Origin: Geopsychrobacteraceae bacterium
GTDB lineage: Bacteria > Desulfobacterota > Desulfuromonadia > Desulfuromonadales > Geopsychrobacteraceae
Length of the DNA: 64,000 nt
Assembly: GCA_963662315.1 (NCBI GenBank)
Contig: OY759353.1
Span: forward strand, 192,001 to 256,000
Reading direction: 5' to 3'
Under the pieces are notes generated by a model. It made no database searches and was not told where the DNA came from. It saw nothing but the letters and a program-made list of their open reading frames with translations. Every line of letters starts with the position of its first letter. Position 1 is the stretch's first letter. Both the position numbers and the translations under genes were made by a program. Of the stretch, positions 9,962-19,953 are shown piece by piece.

Positions 9962-11128
9962 ATGTTGTTCGATTTTACTTATTACAATCCGACAAAAATT
10001 TATTTTGGAAAGCAGTCTCTCGCCAAGCTTGAAACAGAGCTGGAGAATTATGGTGATACCATTTTGCTGACCTATGGAAAAAACTCCATCAAGACCATTG
10101 GGCTCTACGATCAGGTTGTTGCCATCCTGAAAAAATATGGCAAGACAATCGTTGAGTTGTCAGGAGTTATGCCCAACCCCACCTATGCCAAGATGATGGA
10201 AGGGGTAAAGCTGGTTCGCAAGCATGATGTCAGCCTTATTTTAGCTGTCGGTGGTGGGTCGGTTATTGACTGTGCCAAAGGGATTGCCGTTTCTGCTTAT
10301 TGTGAGGAAGAGCCCTTTGAAAAATACTGGCTGAAGCAGAAGCGGGTTGACAACAAAGTTGTTCCTGTTGCGTCAATTCTGACTATGGTGGGGACTGGTT
10401 CGGAAATGAATGGTGGCTCGGTGATTACCCATGAGGATAAAAAGATTAAAGCAGGAAGAGTTTTTCCACCGCAGCTCTATCCGCAGTTCTCTATATTGAA
10501 TCCTGAATATACTTATTCGGTATCCGAATATCAGATGGTCAGTGGTGTTTTTGATACTATGTCCCACTTGATGGAGCAGTATTTCTCAGGTGCCGATAAT
10601 AATACGACCGACTACCTGATTGAGAGTCTTTTGAAGTCTTCGATAGACAATGTCCGTATGGCTCTTAAACATCCTGAAGATTATGAGTCGCGCAGTAACC
10701 TGATGTGGAATGCGACCCTGGCATTAAACACGATGACCGGGCTGTCGAAACAGCAGGACTGGCAGGTCCATATGATTGAACATCAACTGGGGGCTTATAC
10801 CGATTGTGCCCACGGGATGGGACTTGCCGCTATTTCACTACCCTATTATCGGCATATCTATACGGGTGGCCTGGCCAAATTTGTACGCTTTGCCACTGAA
10901 GTATGGGGTGTTTCCGCCGCAGGCAAGAGTGCTGACGAGATTGCCAGAGAAGGTCTTGATGCTATGGAAGGCTTTCTTAAAGAGTGTCATGTTGTGCTGT
11001 CAATTAAGGAACTGGGAGCAACCAGAGACATGCTTCCCAAAATTGCCGAATCAACAATCCTGCGGCCAAATGGTTATAAGCAACTGACCACGGCAGAGGT
11101 GCAACAAATTCTGGAAGAGTGTTTTTAA
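9962..11128 (+). CDS. Iron-containing alcohol dehydrogenase (BdhA/YqhD-like)
   Basis: FTYYNPTKIYFG, GGGSVID, GTGSEMN, HMIEHQL..AHG motifs. Confidence 0.85.
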   Translation: MLFDFTYYNPTKIYFGKQSLAKLETELENYGDTILLTYGKNSIKTIGLYDQVVAILKKYGKTIVELSGVMPNPTYAKMMEGVKLVRKHDVSLILAVGGGSVIDCAKGIAVSAYCEEEPFEKYWLKQKRVDNKVVPVASILTMVGTGSEMNGGSVITHEDKKIKAGRVFPPQLYPQFSILNPEYTYSVSEYQMVSGVFDTMSHLMEQYFSGADNNTTDYLIESLLKSSIDNVRMALKHPEDYESRSNLMWNATLALNTMTGLSKQQDWQVHMIEHQLGAYTDCAHGMGLAAISLPYYRHIYTGGLAKFVRFATEVWGVSAAGKSADEIAREGLDAMEGFLKECHVVLSIKELGATRDMLPKIAESTILRPNGYKQLTTAEVQQILEECF

Positions 11129-11154
11129 CCTCTGCCCGCACAGAGGTCCAGGCT

Positions 11155-11195
11155 AAAAAAAAGATCCTGCTGTCTAAGACGCGGGATCTTTTTTT
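11155..11195. terminator. Bidirectional terminator
   Basis: A-tract-GATCCTGC...GCGGGATC-T-tract between convergent genes. Confidence 0.75.
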
Positions 11196-11207
11196 AAAGT
11201 GTTCAGT

Positions 11208-12134
11208 TTAAAGCCCAGCCAGTTCAAAACAGCGGGACAAAAAGCGTCTGGCTGTTTCTTCTTTATGCCACATGTCATCCCCCATGTGAGACCGCATTTC
11301 AAGAGCGACAAAGGTGGCTTTGCAGCCTTCGGTGACCGGCCATGAGGCAACTTCTTTCAGGATCTTTGCGCCCAGTTCCGGGGTCAGGTAGCCTGGTGAT
11401 TTAAACTCCGGTGGTTGGCCGACATCCATGTGCCAATCGCCGTACATCGGATGGTTGGCGTCAACGACAGCGTTGCAGAGGTGAAATTGAGACAGGTATG
11501 GTTTGGCCAGACGTAGCGATTCAATCAGGTCGATACCACCAAGGGCTTCGTGGGCACTGTCCCAGTGCAAGAACATATTAGGACATTCTGCATGTAGAGG
11601 CGCAAACCATTCAACCGCTTCGGCGATCGGTCCAATGAGTTGTTTTTTATGGGCGTAGCGATCCAGTGGTTCGAGCAGAATCTGCAAGTCGGGTTGAGTT
11701 GCCAGGGCGACGGTAGCGATTCGTTTTAATGAATCATACAGGGCTGCCTTGGCTGTTTCGCAGTGCTCATCTCCTGGATAGTCACCACTGGGCAAACCAA
11801 TTTTATCAGCACCGCATACTTTGGCGATGTCCAGAAACTCAATGGTACGAGCGACCGATTTCTCGCGCAGTGCATCATCCAGTGAACTCAGATTCAATTG
11901 CTCGGCCAGAAGAGCAGGCGTTGCCCACATGGTGAGTTCCCAATTGTTATTTTCGCAAAAAGTCTTTACCCGTTTCTGATTGTCAGCTTCAAAGAAAAAG
12001 CCCGTTTCTATTGCCTGGTAAATATTGAGCTTGGCCAATTCTTCCAGAGTATCAACCATCATGCTTTCATTGTTTTGTAGTGGCATGAAGGTTTCAAATA
12101 CATGGCAGGAACGAAAGATCTGTTGTTGCTTCAC
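11208..12134 (-). CDS. Sugar phosphate isomerase/epimerase (xylose-isomerase-like TIM barrel)
   Basis: LLEPLDR, WDSAH, FHLCN, GDWH, LEMR metal-ligand pattern. Confidence 0.65.
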   Translation of the reverse strand: MKQQQIFRSCHVFETFMPLQNNESMMVDTLEELAKLNIYQAIETGFFFEADNQKRVKTFCENNNWELTMWATPALLAEQLNLSSLDDALREKSVARTIEFLDIAKVCGADKIGLPSGDYPGDEHCETAKAALYDSLKRIATVALATQPDLQILLEPLDRYAHKKQLIGPIAEAVEWFAPLHAECPNMFLHWDSAHEALGGIDLIESLRLAKPYLSQFHLCNAVVDANHPMYGDWHMDVGQPPEFKSPGYLTPELGAKILKEVASWPVTEGCKATFVALEMRSHMGDDMWHKEETARRFLSRCFELAGL

Positions 12135-12170
12135 TTAAAAGACTCCTTTGCTGAGACCTTCTGTAGAAGG

Positions 12171-12545
12171 TCAGTCGCGAATTTCAGGGGGGCAAGTGAT
12201 TTCCGGTACCTGAACACCTTCAATATGCTGCTGCGACCAGTTACGCATGGCCGCAAGAACCTGACCAAGGTCAGCTCCTTTGCGGGTTAAAAAATATTCC
12301 GCCCGCGGGGGCTTGAGCTGGTAAAGCTCTTTGCAGATCAAACCGGCTGCTTCCAGACGCTTTAGCCGTTCGGCTAGGAGATTGGTCGGAATCCGTTCCG
12401 GTGAGTCGCTGAACTCGCCAAAACGGTGCTTGTTCAGGAACAGATCCCGGATAATGAGCAGAGTCCACTTATCGCCAATAATGTCAAGCAGACAGGCTAC
12501 AGGGCAGCTGGAGCGAAAAGGTATGGTCGTCATGTTTTCAGTCAT
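12171..12545 (-). CDS. HxlR-family winged-helix regulator
   Basis: CPVACLLDIIGDKWTLLIIRDL..RFGEF..LAERLKRLE..EYFLTRKG; start could be 12533. Confidence 0.85.
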   Translation of the reverse strand: MTENMTTIPFRSSCPVACLLDIIGDKWTLLIIRDLFLNKHRFGEFSDSPERIPTNLLAERLKRLEAAGLICKELYQLKPPRAEYFLTRKGADLGQVLAAMRNWSQQHIEGVQVPEITCPPEIRD

Positions 12546-12567
12546 TCTGTCACTATAGACGCACGGA

Positions 12568-12630
12568 CTTGCATTTTGCAAGGCAGTGTGCTTAGATATA
12601 GAGACTTTAAAAATAAAAGTCACTATATCT
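12568..12630. promoter_or_regulatory. Paired palindromic operators between divergent hxlR and cupin genes
   Basis: CTTGCATTTTGCAAG (12568-12582) and AGATATAGAGACTTT-N7-AAAGTCACTATATCT (12594-12630); both contain CTT-N9-AAG. Confidence 0.55.
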
Positions 12631-12650
12631 CTTACAAAAGGAGCATGACA

Positions 12651-13124
12651 ATGTCGGCTATTTCATCATTTCAGGGTCGTAATTTTTCGGCCATCAATTT
12701 GGGTCCGCTTGAGACTTTGGACTCTTATCGGTTTGAGCATCCCGCTCTGGCGTCACCGGTAGAAGGGAAAGTCTTTTTACGCCAGAATCTTCAGTTAACC
12801 AGTGCTGAGATTTCAATCAACAAACTGGCCGCCGGATGCTCAATGCCGTTTGCACATAATCATGATCGCCACGAGGAAGTCTATATTTTTATCGCTGGCA
12901 AAGGCGAGTTCCTGATCGATGACCAGTCCGTTGAGGTTACAGAAGGAACCGTGTTGCGCATTGATCCTGCTGGTATACGTTGTTGGCGAAATCTGTCTCA
13001 GGACCCTCTTTATTACATCGTTGTGCAAGCTGTTGCTGGAAGTTTTCAGGTGGACAGTCCGGTAAGTGATGGTCATGGTTTTCCCCTTCCTGAAAGCTGG
13101 CGGAAAGGAGCATGCCAAAACTAA
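12651..13124 (+). CDS. Cupin-domain protein
   Basis: PFAHNHDRHEEVYIFIAGKG cupin motif; AAGGAG RBS 7 nt before ATG. Confidence 0.8.
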   Translation: MSAISSFQGRNFSAINLGPLETLDSYRFEHPALASPVEGKVFLRQNLQLTSAEISINKLAAGCSMPFAHNHDRHEEVYIFIAGKGEFLIDDQSVEVTEGTVLRIDPAGIRCWRNLSQDPLYYIVVQAVAGSFQVDSPVSDGHGFPLPESWRKGACQN

Positions 13125-13255
13125 AAAGGTTACAGACATAATGATCAAAAAGCGGTAGGATAATGAGTCTTTTTCCTGCTTTTAACCGTCACTGTACCGA
13201 TGGTGTCTTTGGAGAGGTTTTCTCCCCGCCTTGGGGAGAGGAAACGAGTTAACTG

Positions 13256-13582
13256 ATGCCACCTTATACCTACCATCCTACCGCTTGTTTTGAAGCGAAA
13301 CTCGAAAAAATCAAAAAACATGATTCGGGTGGTTTTAAACGGATCTGGCAGGCTATTGACCGGATTTTAAACCATCCTGACGATGCTGATGGACGTATGC
13401 GTGGGCAACATCACAGTCGGTTCAAAAAATATGTTGGCAGAGGTGAGTATCGTTTGATTTATGAGTGGTGCGCAATTTGTCGTAAAACCAATTTAAAGTT
13501 GGAAGAACGCTGTGAAAAATGTGGTCATATAAGTGATGACAGCGTTGTTTTTTTTGATGTTTTTCACAAGAATGAAATTTAG
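13256..13582 (+). CDS. RelE/ParE-like protein with CxxC...CxxC insertion
   Basis: 108 aa basic protein; KYVGRGEYRLIY and VFFDVFHK segments typical of RelE; GAGG RBS. Confidence 0.55.
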   Translation: MPPYTYHPTACFEAKLEKIKKHDSGGFKRIWQAIDRILNHPDDADGRMRGQHHSRFKKYVGRGEYRLIYEWCAICRKTNLKLEERCEKCGHISDDSVVFFDVFHKNEI

Positions 13583-13692
13583 TCATTGGCTCATTATGTG
13601 AGTCCGGCGATCGTTTCATTTTTGTTGTACCAAATACGCTTTAATTTTCTGTACGGCACTCTTTCGGATTTCATAATTATCGAGATTGTCAC

Positions 13693-14877
13693 ATGTCAAT
13701 TGGTCAAACTTTCCGCCAGCTTTTATTCCCGGTCTTTTTACCAACGCTTTTATCTTTTATCAGTTTACGTGCCTCACTGGTTTTGTTGCCTTTGTACGTG
13801 ATCAACCAGGGGTATGGCCCGACCCTGGCTGGATTGATCATCAGTATCAGGGGGATAGGTATGCTGTGTGCTGACGTCCCTGGTGGTTTTCTGGTCTCTA
13901 AAATCGGTGACAAATGGGGGATGATCACAGGGCATCTAATGGCCGGGTTAGCCCTTATCCTGTTTGCGTTATTTGAGCAGCGGGGCATGTTTGTCGGGGC
14001 CGCACTGATTTCCGGAGCTGCTTTTGCCGTGATGATGCTCGCCCGGCTATCTTATGTGGGCGAAAAATGTGAAGCGCATGAACGGGGGCGAGTTATCGCC
14101 TCCATGGCGAGTCTGCAACGTATAGGTGGTATCCTTGGTCCATTGGGAGGAGGGCTGATCGCAACCTGGTACGGGTTTGTCCCTGCATTGTACCTTCTGG
14201 CGTTATTGTCTCTTCTTTCTGCACTGACAATTTTTGTTTACTGCGATAATAACCTGGCTCCGGAAGGGGAAACCGCACAATCACATGCCTTTATCGCCAC
14301 GATAAAAGCGAATAGGGCCGTCTTTTCAACCTCTGGTGCGGGAGCAATCGGCCTGATGTGTATGCGCGGGGCCAGCCCGTTGCTGATTACCCTGTTTGGA
14401 AACGCCATTGCGCTGTCAGCGGCTCAAATTGGTTTTTTCGCCTCAATGACAACGATTCTTGAATTTGTCATGTTTCTTCCCGGGGGATACATAATGGACC
14501 GCTGGGGGCGCAAGAATACCTTGATACCCGGCACCCTGTTCATGGCTTTCAGTCTGGTCATTCTGGTGTTGTTTCCCTCTCTGGAAGGGTACGTGGCGGG
14601 AATTCTGCTGATGGCTTTGGGGAACGGTCTTGCCACTGGAGTTATCATGTCGATCGGCTCTGATCTGGCACCGGAAAAAAGCCGCGGCCAGTTTTTAGGT
14701 GTCTGGCGTTTTGTCTGTGATCTTGGTTTTACCGGAGGACCGCTGTTTGTCACCGGCTTGATGGGGGTTTGTGGACTTGCTGGCAGCTCTTTGGCGTTGG
14801 GAGCATTGGCCAGTGGCCTGGTGATTTATATGGGGATTTACGCTCCGGAAAGTCTGAAACGTCATCCTGAAAAATAG
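13693..14877 (+). CDS. MFS transporter
   Basis: About 12 hydrophobic segments; MDRWGRK motif; ERGRV loop. Confidence 0.85.
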   Translation: MSIGQTFRQLLFPVFLPTLLSFISLRASLVLLPLYVINQGYGPTLAGLIISIRGIGMLCADVPGGFLVSKIGDKWGMITGHLMAGLALILFALFEQRGMFVGAALISGAAFAVMMLARLSYVGEKCEAHERGRVIASMASLQRIGGILGPLGGGLIATWYGFVPALYLLALLSLLSALTIFVYCDNNLAPEGETAQSHAFIATIKANRAVFSTSGAGAIGLMCMRGASPLLITLFGNAIALSAAQIGFFASMTTILEFVMFLPGGYIMDRWGRKNTLIPGTLFMAFSLVILVLFPSLEGYVAGILLMALGNGLATGVIMSIGSDLAPEKSRGQFLGVWRFVCDLGFTGGPLFVTGLMGVCGLAGSSLALGALASGLVIYMGIYAPESLKRHPEK

Positions 14878-14927
14878 CAGGTGTTTGTTTGCCCTCCGCG
14901 ATTCAGCGGAGGGCAAACAAACACCTG
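14878..14927. terminator. Perfect 22-bp inverted repeat between convergent genes
   Basis: CAGGTGTTTGTTTGCCCTCCGC-GATTCA-GCGGAGGGCAAACAAACACCTG. Confidence 0.7.
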
Positions 14928-14932
14928 GTTGC

Positions 14933-16618
14933 CTAATTTGTTTTGATCATCTCTCGTAGCGTCTCTACCGAAACATCAGGAAATGATTTATGTAAAGCTC
15001 CCAACAGGACCTCCTGATCGTCTGTATGCAGGGTACTTCTAAGAACCGCTTCTTTCATTTTGACCACTTTAGGTACGGCAGGCATAACCCCTTTCTGAAC
15101 GTGAAAAGCGAAGGGGAGCATTACGTACATAACCGCAATGGCGATACCGATGCCAATGAAGTTGGCAAGAATTCCTACTTTGAACATATCCGGAATCCTG
15201 ATCAGACCGGACCCGAAAACGATGGCATTCGGCGGGGTGGATACCGGCAAGGAGAATGCCAAACCGGCGCCAATAGCCATTGGGACGGCAATCATCAGCG
15301 GGTGCTGCCCAACTCCAACCGCGATAGAAATACCAAGAGGCACAAAGGTGTTGGCGGTTGCGGTGTTGGATGCGAACTGGGTGATCAGCATGACGACTGA
15401 TGAGCAGATGCCGATGATCATGATTGTGCTCATGGTCGAAACCGACTCCATTTTTACCGCAACGAACTGAGAAACTCCTGAAGAGTTCAACGCTGCTCCT
15501 AAAGCCAGCCCGCCGCCAACCAGAACCAGAACGTCCCAGGGGATCTTTTTAAAGATGCTGTTGTCAACAACAAAGGTGCTGTTGGTAAAGCTGACCGGTA
15601 CCATGAACATCAGCACGGCTGCCGCCATGGCGATGGTTGAATCGCGGATGACACTGCTTGCCTTCATATCGATACCACCGACATTAATCGTGCCGATAAT
15701 ACCGGTAAGGCTGCCACGAAACATCCAGGCGCAAGCGGTCAGGGTGAATATAATCAACACCAGGATTTCACCACGGCTCAGTTTGCCAAGCTTGCCAAGT
15801 TCTTCATCAACAACGGCAACAGCCTGCTCCAGTTTCAGGTTTTTCACCGGAAAGAAAAAGCGTGTCAGCAATTGCCAGGTGATAGTCATCAGTAAAACAC
15901 CGATCGGAACTCCAATCAGCATAAAGCGGCCAAAGCCAATATCGATGCCTGAAATTTGTGACATCTGGCCAACCAGGACGGCGTTAGGGGGCGTTCCTAT
16001 GGGTGTCATCAACCCGCCAATGGAGGCTGCAAAGGCAATTCCAAGCATGATGCAGATACCGAAATTCTTGATATCCGTTTCGCTGTTGTGGTCAGCCGTT
16101 TCTGAGCGCAGCAGACTTATAATTGACATGCCGATTGGCATCATCATGGTGGCGCAGGCTGTGTTTGACATCCAGGCCGAAAGGAACCCCGTCGCAGCCA
16201 TAAAGCCCAGGATCAGACGTGATGGTCTGGCTCCGGAAATCTTAAGGATGGTCATGGAAATACGCCGGTGCAGATTCCAGTTCTCCATGGCAATCGCAAT
16301 AACAAAGCCGCCCATAAACAGGAAGATCAGGTCTCCTGAATAGTTGGGAGCGACAGTTTTGGCCGATTGGATGCCCAGCATCGGGAACATAACGAGTGGT
16401 AAAAACGCGGTTGCTGAAATAGGAATTGCTTCGAGCATCCACCAGATGCCCATCATGGCTGTTACCCCGATGGTGCGCCAGGCGGTAATGCTCAGACCTT
16501 CTGGTGGTGTACTGTTGATGAAATAGAAAATTACCGCCAAGCCGAGAAGCATTCCGGTCAGACGTCTTTTCATTTCACCGCTGAGTGTGGCTGTTTTTGC
16601 GATAGCTGAAGATTGCAT
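14933..16618 (-). CDS. DASS/SLC13 Na+-coupled di/tricarboxylate (anion) symporter
   Basis: SNTA motifs twice, GTPPN and STPPNA motifs; AGGAGG RBS. Confidence 0.9.
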   Translation of the reverse strand: MQSSAIAKTATLSGEMKRRLTGMLLGLAVIFYFINSTPPEGLSITAWRTIGVTAMMGIWWMLEAIPISATAFLPLVMFPMLGIQSAKTVAPNYSGDLIFLFMGGFVIAIAMENWNLHRRISMTILKISGARPSRLILGFMAATGFLSAWMSNTACATMMMPIGMSIISLLRSETADHNSETDIKNFGICIMLGIAFAASIGGLMTPIGTPPNAVLVGQMSQISGIDIGFGRFMLIGVPIGVLLMTITWQLLTRFFFPVKNLKLEQAVAVVDEELGKLGKLSRGEILVLIIFTLTACAWMFRGSLTGIIGTINVGGIDMKASSVIRDSTIAMAAAVLMFMVPVSFTNSTFVVDNSIFKKIPWDVLVLVGGGLALGAALNSSGVSQFVAVKMESVSTMSTIMIIGICSSVVMLITQFASNTATANTFVPLGISIAVGVGQHPLMIAVPMAIGAGLAFSLPVSTPPNAIVFGSGLIRIPDMFKVGILANFIGIGIAIAVMYVMLPFAFHVQKGVMPAVPKVVKMKEAVLRSTLHTDDQEVLLGALHKSFPDVSVETLREMIKTN

Positions 16619-17160
16619 TTAGACCCTCCTTAACTGTGTGTGTGCCATTGGTAGAAGACCTGTCCCTGGGAATCAAATGGACGACTGGCCTCAATCAGGC
16701 GTATTACGTTGCAATAAAAGGGGCGTTGCGGTGGGTGAGGTTGAGCGTAGCGGTTAGACAGCTTAAGAAAAGCTGTCTGTGACATGGGGTAAAATAGTAT
16801 TTATTGGGTTGGTTAGCAAGGTAAAAATTATCAGATATAACGAGATTTTATATTCTGTTAACGGGTCATTGTCGTTTTGCGGAAAAGGTCTTTTTTTAGC
16901 CGTTATTCCACTCTGTAAAAATAAATCCTGTTTTAGGTTAAGCCATATCGATCAATCTTTTCATCTTTTTTAAAATCGACAGCTTTCCGGGCTTTTTACA
17001 ATGTGGATGTTGTGTTTTGCCTTCGTCTATTGTAGAAAAATTAGCATTCCACAGTCGTAAACACTATAAAGGGAAAATATTTTTCAGCTGTTTTAGTGAC
17101 GCTGGATCAAAGTGGATGCAGTTTTTTTTATGAATTGAATGGTCATGAAAAGGTAATGTC

Positions 17161-18081
17161 GTGAAAAAAGCAGGTACAAGAGTCATGTTGGTCTTTGGTG
17201 ATCCGATTGCTCATTCCTTGTCTCCGGTGATGCAAAATGCCGCCCTCAAGGAAGCAGGGATCAATTCTGTATATGGTGCATGCCGGGTGCCTAAAGAGAG
17301 AATCGGCGAGGCGGTTGCTGCCATTCGTCTTTTTGATATTTGGGGTGTCAATCTGACAATACCTTTGAAAGAGGTTGTTCTCCCTCATCTCGATGCGCTT
17401 GATGAAGCGGCCCGGTTGATCGGTGCGGTTAATACTATCGTTAATCGCGATGGTAAACTGACCGGCTATAATACTGATGTTTATGGTGTCAGTAAAACCC
17501 TTGAAGTTGACCTGGATTTTAACCCTGAGGGTAAAAAGGTGATGATGCTTGGGGCTGGTGGCGCCAGCCGCGCCGGTATTGTGTCCTTGTGTGAGGGGGG
17601 AGCAAAAGAGCTGGGTATTGCAAATCGTAACATTGAAAGGGCTCAGGGGTTGGCGGCGGAATTTGCCGAAGTGTTTCCACAGACTGCTTTCCATGTCTAT
17701 TCTCTCGCTCCAATTGAGCTGGCTAAAGGTCTGAAAAATGCTGATCTGTTGATTAACTCGACTTCTGTCGGGTTAAAGGGGGAGCGTTTTGTCGATTTTC
17801 CCTGGCAAGCGTTGCCGACCGATGCCAAGGTTTTCGATATGGTCTGTACCGCTGAAGAAACTCCCTTTGTTGAATCTGCCAAGCGCCATGGACATATGGC
17901 AACCGGCGGTCTGGGAATGTTGGCGGCTCAAGGTGAAAAAGCTTTTGAACTCTGGACTAACGTTGTCCCGAAAGAATGGCTGATGCGGTCTTGTCTTAAT
18001 GCCGCCCAGGGTAAACCAACAGTTCTTGCTGTTGAAGGCAGCCCAATGGCTGGTTTGTTTTCTGTTATGGGGCAGAAATAA
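17161..18081 (+). CDS. aroE: Shikimate dehydrogenase
   Basis: GDPIAHSLSP, NLTIPLKE, GAVNT, GYNTD, GAGGA, NRN motifs. Confidence 0.9.
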   Translation: MKKAGTRVMLVFGDPIAHSLSPVMQNAALKEAGINSVYGACRVPKERIGEAVAAIRLFDIWGVNLTIPLKEVVLPHLDALDEAARLIGAVNTIVNRDGKLTGYNTDVYGVSKTLEVDLDFNPEGKKVMMLGAGGASRAGIVSLCEGGAKELGIANRNIERAQGLAAEFAEVFPQTAFHVYSLAPIELAKGLKNADLLINSTSVGLKGERFVDFPWQALPTDAKVFDMVCTAEETPFVESAKRHGHMATGGLGMLAAQGEKAFELWTNVVPKEWLMRSCLNAAQGKPTVLAVEGSPMAGLFSVMGQK

Positions 18082-18102
18082 AACAAACTGAATTCATAGA
18101 GG

Positions 18103-18135
18103 AAAGGCCCGCTGTATATGGCGGGCTTTTTTTTT
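18103..18135 (+). terminator. Rho-independent terminator
   Basis: GCCCGC stem followed by a run of 9 T. Confidence 0.8.
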
Positions 18136-18222
18136 ACCTGTTATTGACTGTTTTTATTAGCATTCAAGTATTATGATTGGTTTGATATCTGGAGAACTAT
18201 TTGCCTTTATGGAGTGAAATAA

Positions 18223-19002
18223 ATGAAAAGGTTGCGGGTGTCGTTTTTTATAGTTTTGGGTTTTGTCGTGATGCTGCTTTGCGGCTGTCGTGAAACGCCC
18301 CTTGATCTTGCCGTCCGCTATGCATCCCTTGGTGATCTGCGGCCAGACAATTCTGTTTACCTGGAATATACCCGTATCGGGCATATCGAAAGGATCGTTT
18401 CCAGCGACAAGGACGACTATCTGGTCAAAATTGAAATTGATCCGGATTATAAAAATGAGATCACAGAGTATACCCATTTCCTGTTGAGCACTGATCCTCT
18501 GAATCGGGAGGAAGCAGCGATTGTCATTGAGCGATCACGGACTGGCGGTAAGTTGCTTGAGAGTGGCAGTATCGTCAAAGGGGAACGGCGTGGACTTGTC
18601 GGCGAGATTCTGTCTCGACTGCAGCAATCGGGCAGTACTGCATCAAATGAGCTTCAGATGCGCTTTGATAAAATGAAGCAGGCTTTTGTTCAGGGCGTAA
18701 ACGAAATCAGTGCCGGGCTGGATGAAGCTGTCAGTGAGATTGGACGTTCCCTTAATGAGTTACAGGAATCCTGGCGTTTTGGTACAGCGCAGCGGGAACT
18801 GGATAAGCTGCAGAGCAATATTGACCAATTTATTGCTGAATTTCAGAAGTCTGGAGCCGAGGTTCAGAAAAAAATGCGTCAGGAGATTATTCCAGAAATC
18901 AGAAAACATCTGGAGGAACTGGAAAAGAAAATGCGTCAGGAGCATCGCGACAGTGAAGCTGATCAGGTAGAGAAGCGATTAAATGAGCTTATTCAAGTCT
19001 GA
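18223..19002 (+). CDS. MCE/MlaD-like lipoprotein with long helical C-terminus
   Basis: Lipobox LCGC; L.P..SVYL....IGHIERI MCE-like segment; helical charged tail. Confidence 0.55.
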   Translation: MKRLRVSFFIVLGFVVMLLCGCRETPLDLAVRYASLGDLRPDNSVYLEYTRIGHIERIVSSDKDDYLVKIEIDPDYKNEITEYTHFLLSTDPLNREEAAIVIERSRTGGKLLESGSIVKGERRGLVGEILSRLQQSGSTASNELQMRFDKMKQAFVQGVNEISAGLDEAVSEIGRSLNELQESWRFGTAQRELDKLQSNIDQFIAEFQKSGAEVQKKMRQEIIPEIRKHLEELEKKMRQEHRDSEADQVEKRLNELIQV

Positions 19003-19056
19003 AGGTGTTGGATCCTACGTTTAATTATTAAATCTCGCTTATCCGGGTGATAAGAC

Positions 19057-19104
19057 TAAAGGCAAGCTCCAGGATAAAAGATCGTATTCTGGAGCTTTGC
19101 TTTA
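19057..19104. terminator. Imperfect hairpin between convergent genes
   Basis: TAAAGGCAAGCTCCAGGATA / TATTCTGGAGCTTTGCTTTA. Confidence 0.5.
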
Positions 19105-19181
19105 TCTGGACGAGGCTTATGTCGCCCTATTATCAGGAATCCTGAGGCCGTTCAGCTGTCTTCAGGCGGTGATTTTTGATA

Positions 19182-19358
19182 TTAAAGGGTCATTATGTTA
19201 ATATCCTCTTCCTCGATTTCAATGATTTCGACAAACCTGTCTGGCATGATGACCGAAATTTTTTGCGCGCCCCCTACAAAGCAGGAAGATTTGAGCACTT
19301 TCTTGACTTTTGGTGCTTGAATCCAGTTGCCGCCTTGATAAATAGTGAACTCCTTCAC
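19182..19358 (-). CDS. Small hypothetical protein (58 aa)
   Basis: GTG start preceded by AAGGAG at 7 nt spacing; natural-looking composition. Confidence 0.5.
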   Translation of the reverse strand: MKEFTIYQGGNWIQAPKVKKVLKSSCFVGGAQKISVIMPDRFVEIIEIEEEDINIMTL

Positions 19359-19953
19359 GTAGAATCTCCTTACCAACAATGTGAAAGCAGAGACAGTTTT
19401 GGGCTTGTCTGCTAAATGCGAATTCTTGTGAATGATAATTACACAATTTAGCATTTATACCACATAAATTTGCCAACCGTTTGTTAGCATTTTGTGTTCG
19501 AAGAAACTTTTTTATCTTTTGCCCCTGATCTTTGAGGATAGTGTGCCAGTTGGCAGTTATTGCAGATCCACTTAACTCTGAGTGATCTGGAACTTGTGAT
19601 GACCGTTGTTGGCTGGCCTCGGCAAGATGTGCAGGCCTATAGTGAGCAAAAAGAAGCTGAGAAGGTCAGTGGAACGGTTGTCAGTGTTGCCGCGGACAAT
19701 TTTGTGCTGGCTCCGGATTCCAATAGCATTTATGGCTCGTTTGTTGATGAGCAGTCCATTACGTATGGTGTTGATACCAGTATCCCGTCATGGCTGCCGG
19801 TTCCCTTGTTGATGGGCCGCAATTTTCATATTTTTGAGAAAAATACTGGTTTGTTGCCTTCAATGTTGAATTCTTTTGATAAAGTATTATACTTGATTAA
19901 TTATTTGCTGATAATTTTAAGGATTCGCGGCAATCCAATCCTGGAGGTTCATA

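Noticed and set aside
16620..16790. Possible riboswitch in the DASS transporter leader (GTCTTCTACC, AGACAGCTT hairpin)
   Set aside because: I could not fit the purine, fluoride or any other consensus I know; an Rfam scan would settle it
19051..19110. AAAGGCAA... start suggested a c-di-GMP-I (GEMM) riboswitch near cheV
   Set aside because: No GAAA tetraloop stem or GCAAAG second stem; it is a simple inverted repeat between convergent genes
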